Assembly (NCBI GenBank): GCA_964016885.1
Contig: OZ024740.1
Span: forward strand, 313,100,001-313,164,000
Length of the DNA: 64,000 nt
Reading direction: 5' to 3'
Source of the DNA: Eledone cirrhosa
Taxonomy: Eukaryota
This document shows positions 13,027-24,847 of this stretch, one piece after another; position 1 is the first letter of the stretch, and every line of letters starts with the position of its first letter. Position numbers and translations under genes: made by a program. Under the pieces are notes generated by a model. It saw only the letters and a list, made by a program, of their open reading frames with translations. It did no database searches and had not been told where the DNA came from.

Positions 13027-13212
13027 TCAATCACCAACATCAGCATCACGGTCTCCTATCAGATAAAGGACGTGGAAGGCAATAGCCAAGAATGCAGTCC
13101 CTGTTAAATCACCAATAGCTGTTAAGTAAGGGATAGCAAAGTTATCTGGATCATCTCCATTCTTCCACATATAAATCACCATCCAGTTGGCGATATAGAG
13201 CAGTAAGGCAAC
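13027..13212 (-). CDS. SLC41A1: SLC41A terminal coding exon 10 ([10 protein letters not shown]...[15 protein letters not shown]...GDRDADVGD*)
   Basis: Second PDX4PX6D motif and the SLC41-type C-terminus GDRDxDVGD. TGA at 13027-13029. 186 nt. Confidence 0.97.
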   Translation of the reverse strand, partial: VALLLYIANWMVIYMWKNGDDPDNFAIPYLTAIGDLTGTAFLAIAFHVLYLIGDRDADVGD

Positions 13213-13329
13213 CTGGCAAGAAAGACAGAAGGCAGATTTTAAGTAGTTTTGGGACAACCCCATCACAACCATAAAATAACCCATACACTACCACATCAAC
13301 ACTACTCTTACAACACATTATTACATCCA

Positions 13330-13712
13330 CCATATACCTCTGAAATATATAGCCTACTCAACAACACAACTCACACCCAACATGAGCCCTAAATTGCATC
13401 CACCTTGCACCTCTCTGCTTAAATATATAGCCAGCTTAACACCACCATACCTCACTTATAACATAGCCCCTAAATTGCATTCATCATGTACTTCTCAGCT
13501 CAAATATATAGCTAGGTTAACAGCACCACACTTCACTCACAACACACACCTCTCCAATATATAGACAGTTTAATAGCACCACACTTCATTCACAACATAC
13601 ACCTCTCTAATACATAGACAACTTAACAGCAACACAGCACACTCCTAACATACACCTCTCCAATATATAGACAGGTTAACACTACCACATCTCATTTTCA
13701 ACATATACCTTA
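13330..13712. repeat. degenerate tandem repeat of about 52-70 bp in the last intron
   Basis: Recurring acacctctccaatatatagacag.ttaacagcaccaca. Confidence 0.7.
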
Positions 13713-13848
13713 TATAGTTATCTAGCTAGGCATCACCATTAGCACCAGAAGGCTGCCCCCAAACAACAATCCATCCCAACACCCCAACATACTACCACAC
13801 AAAGTTGCCAACCCAGACTACACCCATCAGTGGAATGAAAGAGCTTAC

Positions 13849-13997
13849 TTGAAGGAGAGCAGTGGTAAGATAAATAGAAGCGAAGATGAATGTTATGGTT
13901 GTGTGGCCAGCCATCATAAATGATATTGTGTACATGAAGATCAGATGACCTGGGATAACAAGGAACAGCATCACCCGTGATGATTTGGAGTCAACAT
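13849..13997 (-). CDS. SLC41A1: SLC41A coding exon 9 (HVDSKSSRVMLFLVIPGHLIF...TALLQ)
   Basis: LVIPGHLIF motif. tttcag acceptor, GTAAGC donor. 149 nt, phase 1-0. Confidence 0.96.
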
Positions 13998-14079
13998 CTG
14001 AAAACAAGGAGAAATAATTAATTAGCGGGGGAATTCTGCAGCAGTTCAGGGACATTGTAACAGAATGGAGAATAGTATG

Positions 14080-15735
14080 TGTTGGTGGTAGTGGGGTGTG
14101 TTGTTGGCGATAGTGGTATATGTGTTGGCGATAGTGGTATATGTGTTGGTGTTAGTGGTATGTGTGTTGGCGATAGTGGTATGTGTGTTGGCGATAGTGG
14201 TATATGTGTTGGTGTTAGTGGTATGTGTGTTGGTGGTAGTGGTATGTGTGTTGGTGGTAGTGGTATGTGTGTTGGTGGTAGTGGTATGTGTGTTGGTGGT
14301 AGTGGTATGTGTGTTGGTGGTAGTGGTATGTGTGTTGGTGGTAGTGGTATGTGTGTTGGTGGTAGTGGTATGTGTGTTGGTGGTAGTGGTATGTGTGTTG
14401 GTGGTAGTGGTATGTGTGTTGGTGGTAGTGGTATGTGTGTTGGTGGTAGTGGTATGTGTGTTGGTGGTAGTGGTGTATGTGTGTTGGTGTTAGTGGTGTA
14501 TGTGTGTTGGTGTTAGTGGTGTACGTGTTGGTGGTAGTGGTGTATGTGTGTTGGTGTTAGTGGTGTACGTGTTGGTGGTAGTGGTATGTGTGTTGGTGGT
14601 AGTGGTATGTGTGTTGGTGGTAGTGGTATGTGTGTTGGTGGTAGTGGTATGTGTGTTGGTGGTAGTGGTGTATGTGTGTTGGTGGTAGTGGTGTATGTGT
14701 GTTGGTGTTAGTGGTGTATGTGTGTTGGTGTTAGTGGTGTACGTGTTGGTGGTAGTGGTGTATGTGTGTTGGTGTTAGTGGTGTACGTGTTGGTGGTAGT
14801 GGTATGTGTGTTGGTGGTAGTGGTATGTGTGTTGGTGGTAGTGGTATGTGTGTTGGTGGTAGTGGTATGTGTGTTGGTGGTAGTGGTATGTGTGTTGGTG
14901 GTAGTGGTATGTGTGTTGGTGGTAGTAGTGTATGTGTGTTGGTGTTAGTGGTGTACGTGTTGGTGGTAGTGGTATGTGTGTTGGTGGTAGTGGTATGTGT
15001 GTTGGTGGTAGTGGTATGTGTGTTGGTGGTAGTGGTATGTGTGTTGGTGGTAGTGGTATGTGTGTTGGTGGTAGTGGTATGTGTGTTGGTGGTAGTGGTA
15101 TGTGTGTTGGTGGTAGTGGTGTATGTGTGTTGGTGGTAGTGGTGTATGTGTGTTGGTGTTAGTGGTGTATGTGTGTTGGTGTTAGTGGTGTACGTGTTGG
15201 TGGTAGTGGTGTATGTGTGTTGGTGTTAGTGGTGTACGTGTTGGTGTTAGTGGTGTACGTGTTGGTGGTAGTGGTATGTGTGTTGGTGGTAGTGGTATGT
15301 GTGTTGGTGGTAGTGGTATGTGTGTTGGTGGTAGTGGTATGTGTGTTGGTGGTAGTGGTATGTGTGTTGGTGGTAGTGGTATGTGTGTTGGTGGTAGTGG
15401 CATGTGTGTTAGTGGTAGTGGTGTATGTGTGTTGGTGTTAGTGGTGTACATGTTGGTGGTAGTGGTGTGTGTGTTGGTGGTAGTGGTATGTGTGTTGGTG
15501 GTAGTGGTATGTGTGTTGGTGGTAGTGGTATGTGTGCTAGTGGTAGTGGTGTATGTGTGTTGGTGTTAGTGGTGTACGTGTTGGTGGTAGTGGTATGTGT
15601 GTTGGTGGTAGTGGTATGTGTGTTGGTGGTAGTGGTATGTGTGTTGGTGGTAGTGGTATGTGTGTTGGTGGTAGTGGTGTATGTGTGTTGGTGTTAGTGG
15701 TGTACGTGGTAGTGGTAGTGGTGTATGTATGTTAA
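14080..15735. repeat. 21-bp minisatellite (ggtggtagtggtatgtgtgtt)n with 23-bp variants
   Basis: Directly visible. It accounts for the GGSGMCV and poly-V ORFs. Confidence 0.97.
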
Positions 15736-16069
15736 TGGTATCACTATACAGACATTACTTACTTGATCATGTCTTCTCTAATATTACAAACATAAACAAA
15801 CTTAATATTTAATCCCTTGGGTCAACATTCATATTGTGATATATAAACACATCTGTTATATATATAAATAAATACATCAATATATCTGTTACATACATAC
15901 ACACACATATATATATACATACACATATATATACATATAATGGAACTTAAGCAAGATGTGTTTTTACTTTTTGTTCTTTCTTTTATTTTGTTTGTATTTG
16001 TAGAAAAATACATCAGAAGAATAAAATGACTTAATTTCCATCTTTGCTACTTTTACATTATTTATGTGC

Positions 16070-16738
16070 CCGGTCCACCTTGTAAAGTGGTTGTGCTGGT
16101 GACATGACAAAAAGTACCCAGTCCTCCAAGTAAAGTGGTTGTGCTGGTGACATGAAAAAAAGTACCCAGCTCTCCTAGTAAAGTGATTGTGCTGGTGACA
16201 TGTAAAAAAGTACCCAGTCCTCGTAGTAAAGTGGTCATGCTGGTGACATGAAAAAAAAGTACCCAGTCCTCCTAGTAAAGTGGTTGTGCTGGTGACAGGA
16301 CAAAAAGTACCCAATCCTCCAAGTAAAGTGGTTATGCTGGTGACATGACAAAAAGTACCCAGTCCTCTTAGTAAAGTGGTTGTGCTGGTAACATGACAAA
16401 AAGTACCCAATCCTCCAAGTAAAGTGGTTATGCTGGTGACATGACAAAAAGTACCCAGTCCTCCTAGTAAAGTGGTTGTGCTGGTGAGATGACAAAAAGT
16501 ACCCAGTTCTCCTAGTAAAGTGGTTATGCTGGTGAGATGACAAAAAGTACCCAGTCCTCCTAGTAAAGTGGTTGTGCTGGTGACATGACAAAAAGTACCC
16601 AGTTCTCCTAGTAAAGTGGTTATGCTGGTGACATGACAAAACGTAATCAGTCCACCTAGTGAAGTGGTTGTGCTGGTGACATGATAAAACGTAACCAGTC
16701 CTCCTAGTAAAGTGGTTGTGCTGGTGACATGACAAAAA
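16070..16738. repeat. 48-bp minisatellite, about 14 copies
   Basis: gtaccc recurs at 16114, 16162, 16210 and onward. Confidence 0.96.
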
Positions 16739-16878
16739 GAGAAGATTCACCTTATCTTGCAGATTGTGGAATTACATTCAGCTTGAAACATTCATGGCAT
16801 AGCTCTATATTTACCTTAATATTTCCCTTTGTGGTATATATATATAAATATAAATATTCATTTTATTAAGGCTAAATA

Positions 16879-17007
16879 TAAATAGTGAGTCTTGTTACTC
16901 TGGAGTTTCACCTGCTTGCTCACAAGGTCATCTGACAAGAACTGTTCTTGCCATATGACCCCGTGAGCAAGCAGGTAAAACTCCAGTGTAACAAGATTCA
17001 CTATTTA
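16879..17007. repeat. 129-bp palindrome (fold-back element)
   Basis: 64-bp arms around a single base at 16943, with 7 mismatches. Confidence 0.92.
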
Positions 17008-18004
17008 ACCATAATAAATGAATATTTAAACTGTACTTCAGTATTGAGTACTCTTTTTTCTAGTGAGAGAGAGAGAGTGGGAGGGATGGGGAGAGAGATA
17101 CATATATATGTGACATGTCTATTTTTTATTACTTAAGAGGAAGGGCAGTGCCTACGACCCTATATTATTCAAGGTTTCTGAGACTGGTGGGAAGAAAAGA
17201 AGAAGGGAGGTTTCCTCAAATTGGAGACCTGGCCTAAACGGTTGCAACAGAGTAGAGTCTTCTAAAGGCATCCAAAGGTTATGTGGTAGTGTTAAACTAA
17301 GTCAGGGATTAAGTCTACCACCTAAGTGGGCTACAGTGGGATTTGAACTAAGAACACAAGTAACTGAAACAAATGTTGCAAGGCATCATGTCCAATGTTC
17401 TAATGATTCTGTAAGTACACTGCCCTAAACTGGTACTTTATTGACCAGAGACAGAATAGGTAATGTAGTAATTAAAGGTGAGAGAGGTAATGCAGTGAAA
17501 GTAAGGTAATACAGTGGCTGATGTATATTAAATATATACAACTAAATTAAGTGATATCACCAATCTGTATGTCTAAAATCCACAAAAGATTGCAATCATT
17601 TTTTTCACATAGAAAACTTCATTTATATTCAATTATATTTACAAACAGAAAGATAGAATAAAAAAGAGAGAAAAAATGCGTAAAGAAAAATATTTTTTAA
17701 AAAGAGGGGAGAAATGGGGAAGGGGAAATTCTACACCTTTGACTGACTGGGCAGACATTTAACTGTCTCACAAGATGACAAAAGCATTGCCACAGAGAAT
17801 AGCCAGCAATACCCACTACATCAGAAACTCCACCTCACAGGGTTCCTTTTTCAGGTGAGATGTTCTCATCCAGATTTGCGGGAAGAAAATGGGGACTAAG
17901 GACGCAGGTGGTCTTGATGGTGACCAATAGAAAAAGGAACTGTTATAAAACCGTAAATCTACATGACAGTCAAGGGTGGCAGGTAAAAACCAGGTTATAC
18001 TTAC

Positions 18005-18139
18005 GAGAACCACAAAAACTTTTTATAGGGTTCGGGCAGCCACTATATAAGTGTGAAGGTAAATGTCCTGGGCTACTAATTTTGTGTAAACCTGTAGATA
18101 ACCGACTAGCTTGGACTGCTACCAGGTTACCACCAACAC
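18005..18139 (-). CDS. SLC41A1: SLC41A coding exon 8 (GVGGNLVAVQASRLSTGLHKISSPG...FCGS)
   Basis: Completes the second PX6GN motif (PVINGVGGN). tgcag acceptor, GTAAGT donor. 135 nt, phase 1-1. Confidence 0.96.
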
Positions 18140-19576
18140 CTGCACCAAAGAAAGAGATATAGATTTCAACATAAAATTATAGTCTCAAAAGTTAGTCTTG
18201 CAGTAATTATAAACTATTTCTGTATGAATTACACAGTGATGTAACCTGCATGAAAGACAATAAATTTAGTGTTAGTATATTTAATACAGGAACCATCAAA
18301 GAGCTAATTATAAAGAAATAGATGTGCATTCTTCTAAGCACTGTGAAATCTATGGCTTGCTGATAAAGTCATAATAAAGCTGAAACATCCAGAGTTGTTT
18401 TCATACATTCCGAAATATCTTGTAGTAGAAGATTCTTTGACTTTGCTTTAACAATAAGCAACACAACCGTGTGGCGGGACGGTAAAATGGCCACAAAAAC
18501 TCACAAAAACACCATACATCTAACCCCTAACGGCATTAACAAACTTCTTTTTCAGTTTTCAGATAGAACTAGTGTCTGTACACTGGTCATGTGTGAACTA
18601 TTTGACTTTGAAAAACTTTGAACTTATTGAGCAATTTCTCTGCTCCCTTAGATTGACTTTGAATTATCAGTTTGTTACATTCACATATTTCTTTGTGGAA
18701 TGCATTTACTTGTTTTGTGCTCTTTTGCTATTTGCTTGCTAATGGTTTTTGTTCATTCACATTATTTGCTGTTTTACATGCCTGCATATGCACACATTTT
18801 TTTATCACACACCAACATGTTGTTCTTGGTATATGTTCTTCAAACGTAATATTCTGCGAGTCCCTTTTCACCTGGTCGAGGTGCTATCACATGCTAGCAG
18901 CTCACAGAGCTTAATCCACTGGATTCAAACAGGCACCGCAACACGAGAATACATTGCAGCTGAACTCAAACAGCTTCGCATCTCGTTGCACACTGATTGT
19001 CCATGACGGCCATCCGTCTTGTTGTTTTTCCCCCGACTCGCTGGGAAAGCAACAAATTGAACTGGACTTGTCAGCATTTCCACCACTTCTGTGGATTCGC
19101 CCGAATTATGGAATTTACACCGCAACCCACCTACAGATTAAACTTGCCTTTTTTTCTTTACAAAGCAACCAGCCATTTTTTCCTGGCTCCACAGCACATT
19201 CGACAATACATCTGGGGGCCATCATTTTCTCGCCAGCACTGGTAAACTACCATAATAGCTTCGTTCACAGCTACTGGTAAAACGCTTAACATTAACATTT
19301 AATGCAGGAACAGCAACTTCGCCCATGTCAGACTTTATCTGTTTTCTGGTAGGCCCTTGAGGGTCTCGTTTAAACTACAAAACAGCTAGTCATTTGACAG
19401 CGGCTCAACACGGCCCGTCGCGCCTAATTTTTTTTTTTTGTTCTTGCATGAATCTTTCTGCTCAATTATTTTTTCACTGATGTGCTCTTTCAGCATTTGT
19501 TCTTGCCGATTCAATAATATGTGGGTCCTTGGTTTCTTCGTTATCGATTTTCGGCTGAAAATCTGGTCGGAGGTGA

Positions 19577-20340
19577 TGTAGTGACCTACATTCCGCGGGC
19601 TCACATACATTCTCTATGTGTGATTTGGCTCAGTTCAGCCAATCAGCGCCAGTAGAAGAGGATGTATCCCTACGCGCCCTGAGGAAGAAATTCCCCGCGA
19701 AGATTTGAAGAATCTCTCTCTTGTACCAGAAACTTCAAGCCAGCAACACGCATAATGTAACAGTGAGATATTGCACCCCTAGCCTCGCCGGCTTAACGGC
19801 GCAATGGCACATTCCCTTTTGTAACCTCTTTTTATCTGTAACTTCAACCATATAAGTTAACAAACATTGTTTGTACTACATCAAAAATAAACATACATTT
19901 CATCTCTAATTACTGCTGTTGAAATCATTATTATGTTACTCGTGTCTCAATAACATCTATAACCCATGCTGCTGGAATTGGCGACCTGACGAAAGGAATA
20001 TTGTAAGTAGATGGTAAATAGATCGAGGGACCTTCCCTCACGTCTATGTCAACAAGATAATCCAACGAGGATACTATCACTTACCACACTGGCAACTAAC
20101 GACCTTCAATCATCTACCCTGTTTTCGCCACGACTGATTCTACCACCCTGCTAAAGTGGCGACCACGACTACTCAATCATTAATACTGCTAAAATCTAAA
20201 ATATTATTCAATGACAACTATTGCATTCTAATCAGCCGAAATGGGGTTCCCCTGAAAGGTCTTTGAAGTAACGTTATTCAATAGCATGTGTAGCTCGGAG
20301 ATCAGAGTCACTATTTCTCCGAATTGAGAGATCACAGCAT
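19577..20340 (+). mobile_element. LTR-like remnant
   Basis: TGTAGT start after a purine-rich ggtcggagg tract, CCAAT box, AATAAA near 19887 and two PBS-like TGGCGACC motifs (19979, 20157). No paired LTR, TSD or ORF seen. Confidence 0.4.
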
Positions 20341-20414
20341 GTGGTTAGAATGTCTCAAGAAAGAATCACTGGACAGATTTTATGGGCAAAACCAACAGCC
20401 AGGAGACCATGATA

Positions 20415-21150
20415 ATGGTTTCTGATTTAGGCACAAGGACAACAATTTTGGGGAGGGGGAAAGTCAATTAAATCAACCCCAGTGTATTACTGCTGCTTTA
20501 TTTTATCGACCCTGTAAGGATGAAAGGCAAAGCTAACCTTGGTGGGATTTGAACTCAAAATTTAAAGGGCCATAACTATGCTGCAAAGCATGGTGTCCGA
20601 CGCTCTACCGATTCTGCCAAATAATGGTTTCTGATTTAGGCACAAAGCCAACCATTTTCAGGATGAATGGCAAAGCTCACCTTGGAAGGATTTGAACTCA
20701 GAATATAAAGAGCCAGAACAATGATTTCTATTATAGGCACAAGGCCAGCAAATTTTTTTTTGGGGGGGGGGGGGGGGGTCAATTAAATTGACCCCAGTGC
20801 ATTACTGGTGCTTTATTTTATCGACCTCGTAAGGATGAAAGGCAAAGTTAACCTCGGCGGAATTTGAACTCAGACCATAAAGGGCCGTAACTTTACACTG
20901 CATAGCATGGCGTCCGACTCTCTACCGATACTGCCAATCTACCCATAATAATGGTTCCTTATATAGGCACAAGGCCAGCAAATTTTTTTTGGGGGGGGAG
21001 TTGATTGAATCAATCCCAGTGCGTGACTGGTACTTTATTTTATCGACCCCGTAAGGATGAAAGGCAGAGTTAACCTCGGCGGGATTTGAACTCAGAATGT
21101 AAAGAGCCAGAACAAATATCATCAACCCATAATAATAATAATAATAATAA
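20415..21150 (-). mobile_element. cluster of about four tRNA-derived SINEs with a Deu/Nin-like core, abutting the exon 7 donor
   Basis: Repeated ctttattttatcgacc..taaggatgaaaggcaaag..gatttgaactcag..ctctaccgat. Minus-strand B box gagttcaaatcc. Confidence 0.85.
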
Positions 21151-21169
21151 TGAAAGAAAAGCTACTAAC

Positions 21170-21243
21170 CGTTGATGACTGGTTGAAAGACAGCAATGCC
21201 ATGATAGTTTGATACAGTGAAGTCTAATATTAAACCACCAATA
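21170..21243 (-). CDS. SLC41A1: SLC41A coding exon 7 (SIGGLILDFTVSNYHGIAVFQPVING)
   Basis: Translated by hand. ttacag acceptor, GTTAGT donor. 74 nt, phase 2-1. Confidence 0.95.
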
Positions 21244-21984
21244 CTGTAATAAACAAAGAAAACAATGAATATATGGAGAGTATTGTGAGGGTAATCTTAT
21301 TTCTTATTTCTAGTATATTTATCAAGACACAATCTTATTTATTATTTCTAGTACAATCAAGACACAATCTTCACATGAATTTTATTGAAGGAATAATATT
21401 CTGTCCAGCAAATATAGAATTTTGATATATCTTCAAAGGATTTATTTTCAAAGTGCTCTTCATAATCTACAACACTTGAGACAATACTGATAGGATTTAA
21501 AATTGAAGCTGTTAATAACCAAACCACTACATCAAATATATACTTAAATTAATAGCATACAGTAAAATAACTATTCCCAGTTTTTAACCAATCTGATCTT
21601 TATATTATTAATATCTCAGAGAAGAAAGGTTAATATAAACGAGGTGGAATGGGAGCCTCAGAAGAACAGATACCAAACTTGCTTCTTATTAATACTTGTC
21701 ACCAATTAATGTGGTAAACGTGGTACACATATAAACTGAGAAAAATAAGAAACATCTCACATACATAGTGAACAAACTATCAAAGTAATACTATCTCTCA
21801 TAATGATACAATGTCTTAGATGGTTATCGTGCGAGATCATATCTTGTCATTGGTATAGAGAAGGGATCTTATGCAATGCATCAAACCCAAACGATAAAAT
21901 TATTCAGTAGTTATCACTGAATTGAATGTTGACTGAATACTCTGAAAATAATGGAATTAAGTCTTTGAAAAACCATAAGACATA

Positions 21985-22182
21985 TGAGGGTTAGCTGAAA
22001 AGTTCATAGGCTGACCAAGTTATTCTCATGGAATGACCAAATGAAGATTATTTTTAAACATAGTTCCCAGAAAGAAACATTGCAATTACTAATAAGAAGA
22101 GTTGAAATTAATGCATGCAAGATTTCGCAGCTCTAGCATGAGTCCTTCATAGTCAGCCTATGAACTTTCCAGCCTACCCTCA
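21985..22182. mobile_element. Tc1/mariner-type MITE
   Basis: TIRs of about 30 bp (tgaggg..gctgaaaagttcataggctgac) flanked by TA. Other copies at 1-103, 2054-2215 and 58850-59031. Confidence 0.85.
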
Positions 22183-22358
22183 TATATATTGGTACCAAAA
22201 TGTTTTAAGACATAAGACAAGTCATTAAAAAGTTGATTAAATCAACCCCAGTGTGTAACTGGTACTTTATTTTATTGACCCTGTAAGGATGAAAGGCAAA
22301 GCTAACCTTGGTAGTGACATTAAATTATTGAGAAAGGTTATAATACATTAGTACTTAC

Positions 22359-22506
22359 CTACTTATAACCATAGCACTTATAACAGGTGTCCAACCAGTA
22401 TACAATACTTCACAAGTATATTTGTTTTTACTAGATACCCATATCCACAATGGTGTGATTAAGATGCAAACTGTTATAATGAAGGGACCAAGCCAAACTT
22501 GGCTCT
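22359..22506 (-). CDS. SLC41A1: SLC41A coding exon 6 (ESQVWLGPFII...EVLYTGWTPVISAMVISS)
   Basis: GWxPVIxAMxISS motif. poly-T + cag acceptor, GTAAGT donor. 148 nt, phase 1-2. Confidence 0.96.
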
Positions 22507-23374
22507 CTGAAAAAAAAAAAAAAATATATATATATATAAATAAATATATGATAAAAGCAATAATTAAAACAATTTTTGGAAATCTATTATATCTTCTATT
22601 GTTATACTTGGGGAGGGTCATATTGTTGTAATAATATTTCCAGAAATAATAACAGAACACACTCACTGTTTGGTTGGTTTTCATTTCTGTATTTTTATAT
22701 CTCCATAGTTAATTTATTTGACAATCAACGTTTATCTTCAATTGGCAAAATGGCTAAGACAGCTGCTGCTGATGATGATCTCTGATTGAGCAAATGTATA
22801 ATTATCCCATTTATTTATTTCAGGCAGGCTATACAGGAACACATTAACAAATGTGTCCTTCCTTTTCTAAGATGGTAAGGAAAGAGTTGAGTGATACTTG
22901 GCTGCTATTACAAGCAGGTCAAGTGACCAAGTAGTGGACTCATTATTTGCTCAAGATAGTCATGATGAGGATTATGACTTCTATTTCTCAAACACATTGT
23001 CAAATTTGTGGAGAGAGGGACATAGTTGATTAAAACAATATCCGTATATTACTGGTACTTATTTTCTGAACACCAGAGAGATGAATGGACATCAGACATG
23101 GAATGTTTAGAACATAGAACATAAAGGGATAAAGCCAAACATCACAATGAATTTTGTCAAACACTCAACCTATTTTATTACTTCCCAATATACTAGTGTT
23201 TATTTTATTGACTTCAGAGGAATGAAATGAAGAGTTGGCAGTATTTACCTATCATTCCTGTGGTGGGATCTGTATTCAGAAGTATGAAACACTGAACTAA
23301 ATATCACAAATCAACTAATCAGTAACAACTCAACCCAACAGCCCTGTTAATGATATAGGGATTTCTGTACCAAT

Positions 23375-23530
23375 CAATTGCATTACAGGTACTTTATTTT
23401 TTCGACTCCGTAAGGATGAAAGGCAAAACTAACCTTGGTGGGATTTGAACACAGAACACAAAGGGACGTAACTATATGCCACAAAGCATGTTGTCTGATG
23501 CTCTACCGATGCTGCCAATCCACCACCCAT
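23375..23530 (-). mobile_element. SINE (Deu/Nin-like family) next to the exon 5 donor
   Basis: Family sequence. Confidence 0.8.
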
Positions 23531-23564
23531 AGTAGTAATAATAAAAAGAGAAATGTGAACATAC

Positions 23565-23711
23565 CAATTGAATGATAAAGAAGACGACTAATAGTAGACA
23601 ATAAAGACAGTGTTGTAAGATCCCCTAAACTGGCTGCAATTGGGGTGGCGACATTGTCGGGGTTTATGTGACATTTTTTGGACAGGATTATTAAAACAGC
23701 CATGACAGATC
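23565..23711 (-). CDS. SLC41A1: SLC41A coding exon 5 (GSVMAVLIILSKKCHINPDNVATPIAASLGDLTTL...)
   Basis: MgtE PDX4PX6D motif (PDNVATPIAASLGD). tttacag acceptor, GTATGT donor. 147 nt, phase 1-1. Confidence 0.97.
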
Positions 23712-23903
23712 CTGTAAAAGAAAAACATATTTGGTTGCTCACTAGATTATCATATATAATTAGAAACAAATGTAAAGGGATTTCTTTGAAGAAGACACTT
23801 TCTAAAAACAAGGAAAGGATATGGGTTGAATCAACATCAACAATGTACAACTGTTTTCAAGCCAATATTTCTAGGTCAGCTCTTCACTTTATACTCTGAT
23901 TAA

Positions 23904-24111
23904 CCCTTTAGCATTTAAACCACCCATATCCAGCCAGAATTATCTCACCCCTTTCTGTTCAAACCAGCTGTAACTTGCCACTCATACTGACGTTAAGGTA
24001 TTGTTCTCAAAATAAATAACATCAAAATCTCATAAATTCGATATTATGTAAGGTAAAGTCTTTACCACAAAAATACAATAGTATATACAGAGTAATGTAA
24101 ATGCTAAAGGG
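23904..24111. mobile_element. piggyBac-type MITE
   Basis: TTAA|ccctttagcattta ... taaatgctaaaggg|TTAA. Confidence 0.88.
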
Positions 24112-24290
24112 TTAAACTATACAACTGCTCAACAAACATTTCAAATTAAACTTAAATATTGGTGGTCAGTCCTGATCCATCAGACCTATGATTAAAGAGA
24201 TTCCAGCTATATCTCATCTTTGTCCAACATGTTCATTTTTTAAGAGTCGAGTATGATTTGAGGGATATCTGGCTGTTATTACTAGCATGC

Positions 24291-24440
24291 TGTTTAAGGC
24301 CATATCACGCTGAAAGCACTGGTTCTCACCCAATCAACAAAATTAGGCAATGTTGAGCCTATATGGGTGGCCACTTGGGAAATCTAGATGCTGTAAGTAT
24401 CTTCTATTAATGTTCAACTGTGGTCGCAATGATGATGATG
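24291..24440 (+). mobile_element. 5S rRNA-derived retroposon (SINE3-like element or processed 5S pseudogene)
   Basis: ggccatatcacgctgaaagcactggttctc...atgggtggccacttgggaa..gatgctgta is colinear with animal 5S rRNA. Short unique 3' part and (gat)n tail. 10-bp TSD actagcatgc at 24281-24290 and 24441-24450. Confidence 0.88.
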
Positions 24441-24702
24441 ACTAGCATGCCAAACAACTGTGTAGAGTTTCATCATTGACTTGTTTTAAAACAGTTGTTT
24501 TTATTTTGATTGCTGTTGTATATTCATTATAAAAGATATTTTTTTTAGATGTTTATGTAACAAATATAAAATCTATGTGTATATGTTAAAATATCTATGT
24601 ATGCATGTGCATATATACATTTGATGTGATAAAGAAATGGTATTTAAAAAAGAAGACAAAAACAAAAAAGAATATCAAAAGAAAGATGAAAAAGCATCTT
24701 AC

Positions 24703-24847
24703 CTAGGATAAAACTAGCTATAGATGCAGTCAACATGCTGCTAGCACACAGCAGTAGTGCATGGTATGGGTTAAATTTACCTTCAGGTATCCATCCCATA
24801 ATCATAGCAACCAAGGAGGCAAGAAACCCAACAACAATCGCTTGAGC
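24703..24847 (-). CDS. SLC41A1: SLC41A coding exon 4 ([49 protein letters not shown])
   Basis: Translated by hand. ttctag acceptor, GTAAGA donor. 145 nt, phase 0-1. Confidence 0.96.

Noticed and set aside
14079-16750. Repetitive ORFs (GGSGMCV, poly-Val, SCHQHNHFTRRTG)
   Set aside because: These are translations of 21- and 48-bp minisatellites inside an intron. The C/H pattern is not a true C2H2 finger.
18672-19280. Nested protein-coding gene in intron 7
   Set aside because: Short overlapping ORFs with no recognisable motif and no consistent splice structure.
19679-19995. CTGAGGA and CTGACGA boxes as hammerhead cores
   Set aside because: No compatible stem II, GAAA, stem III and NUH arrangement follows either box.
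24292-24398. Functional 5S rRNA gene
   Set aside because: It has an internal deletion, many CpG-type substitutions, no oligo-T terminator, and a TSD plus retroposon tail.
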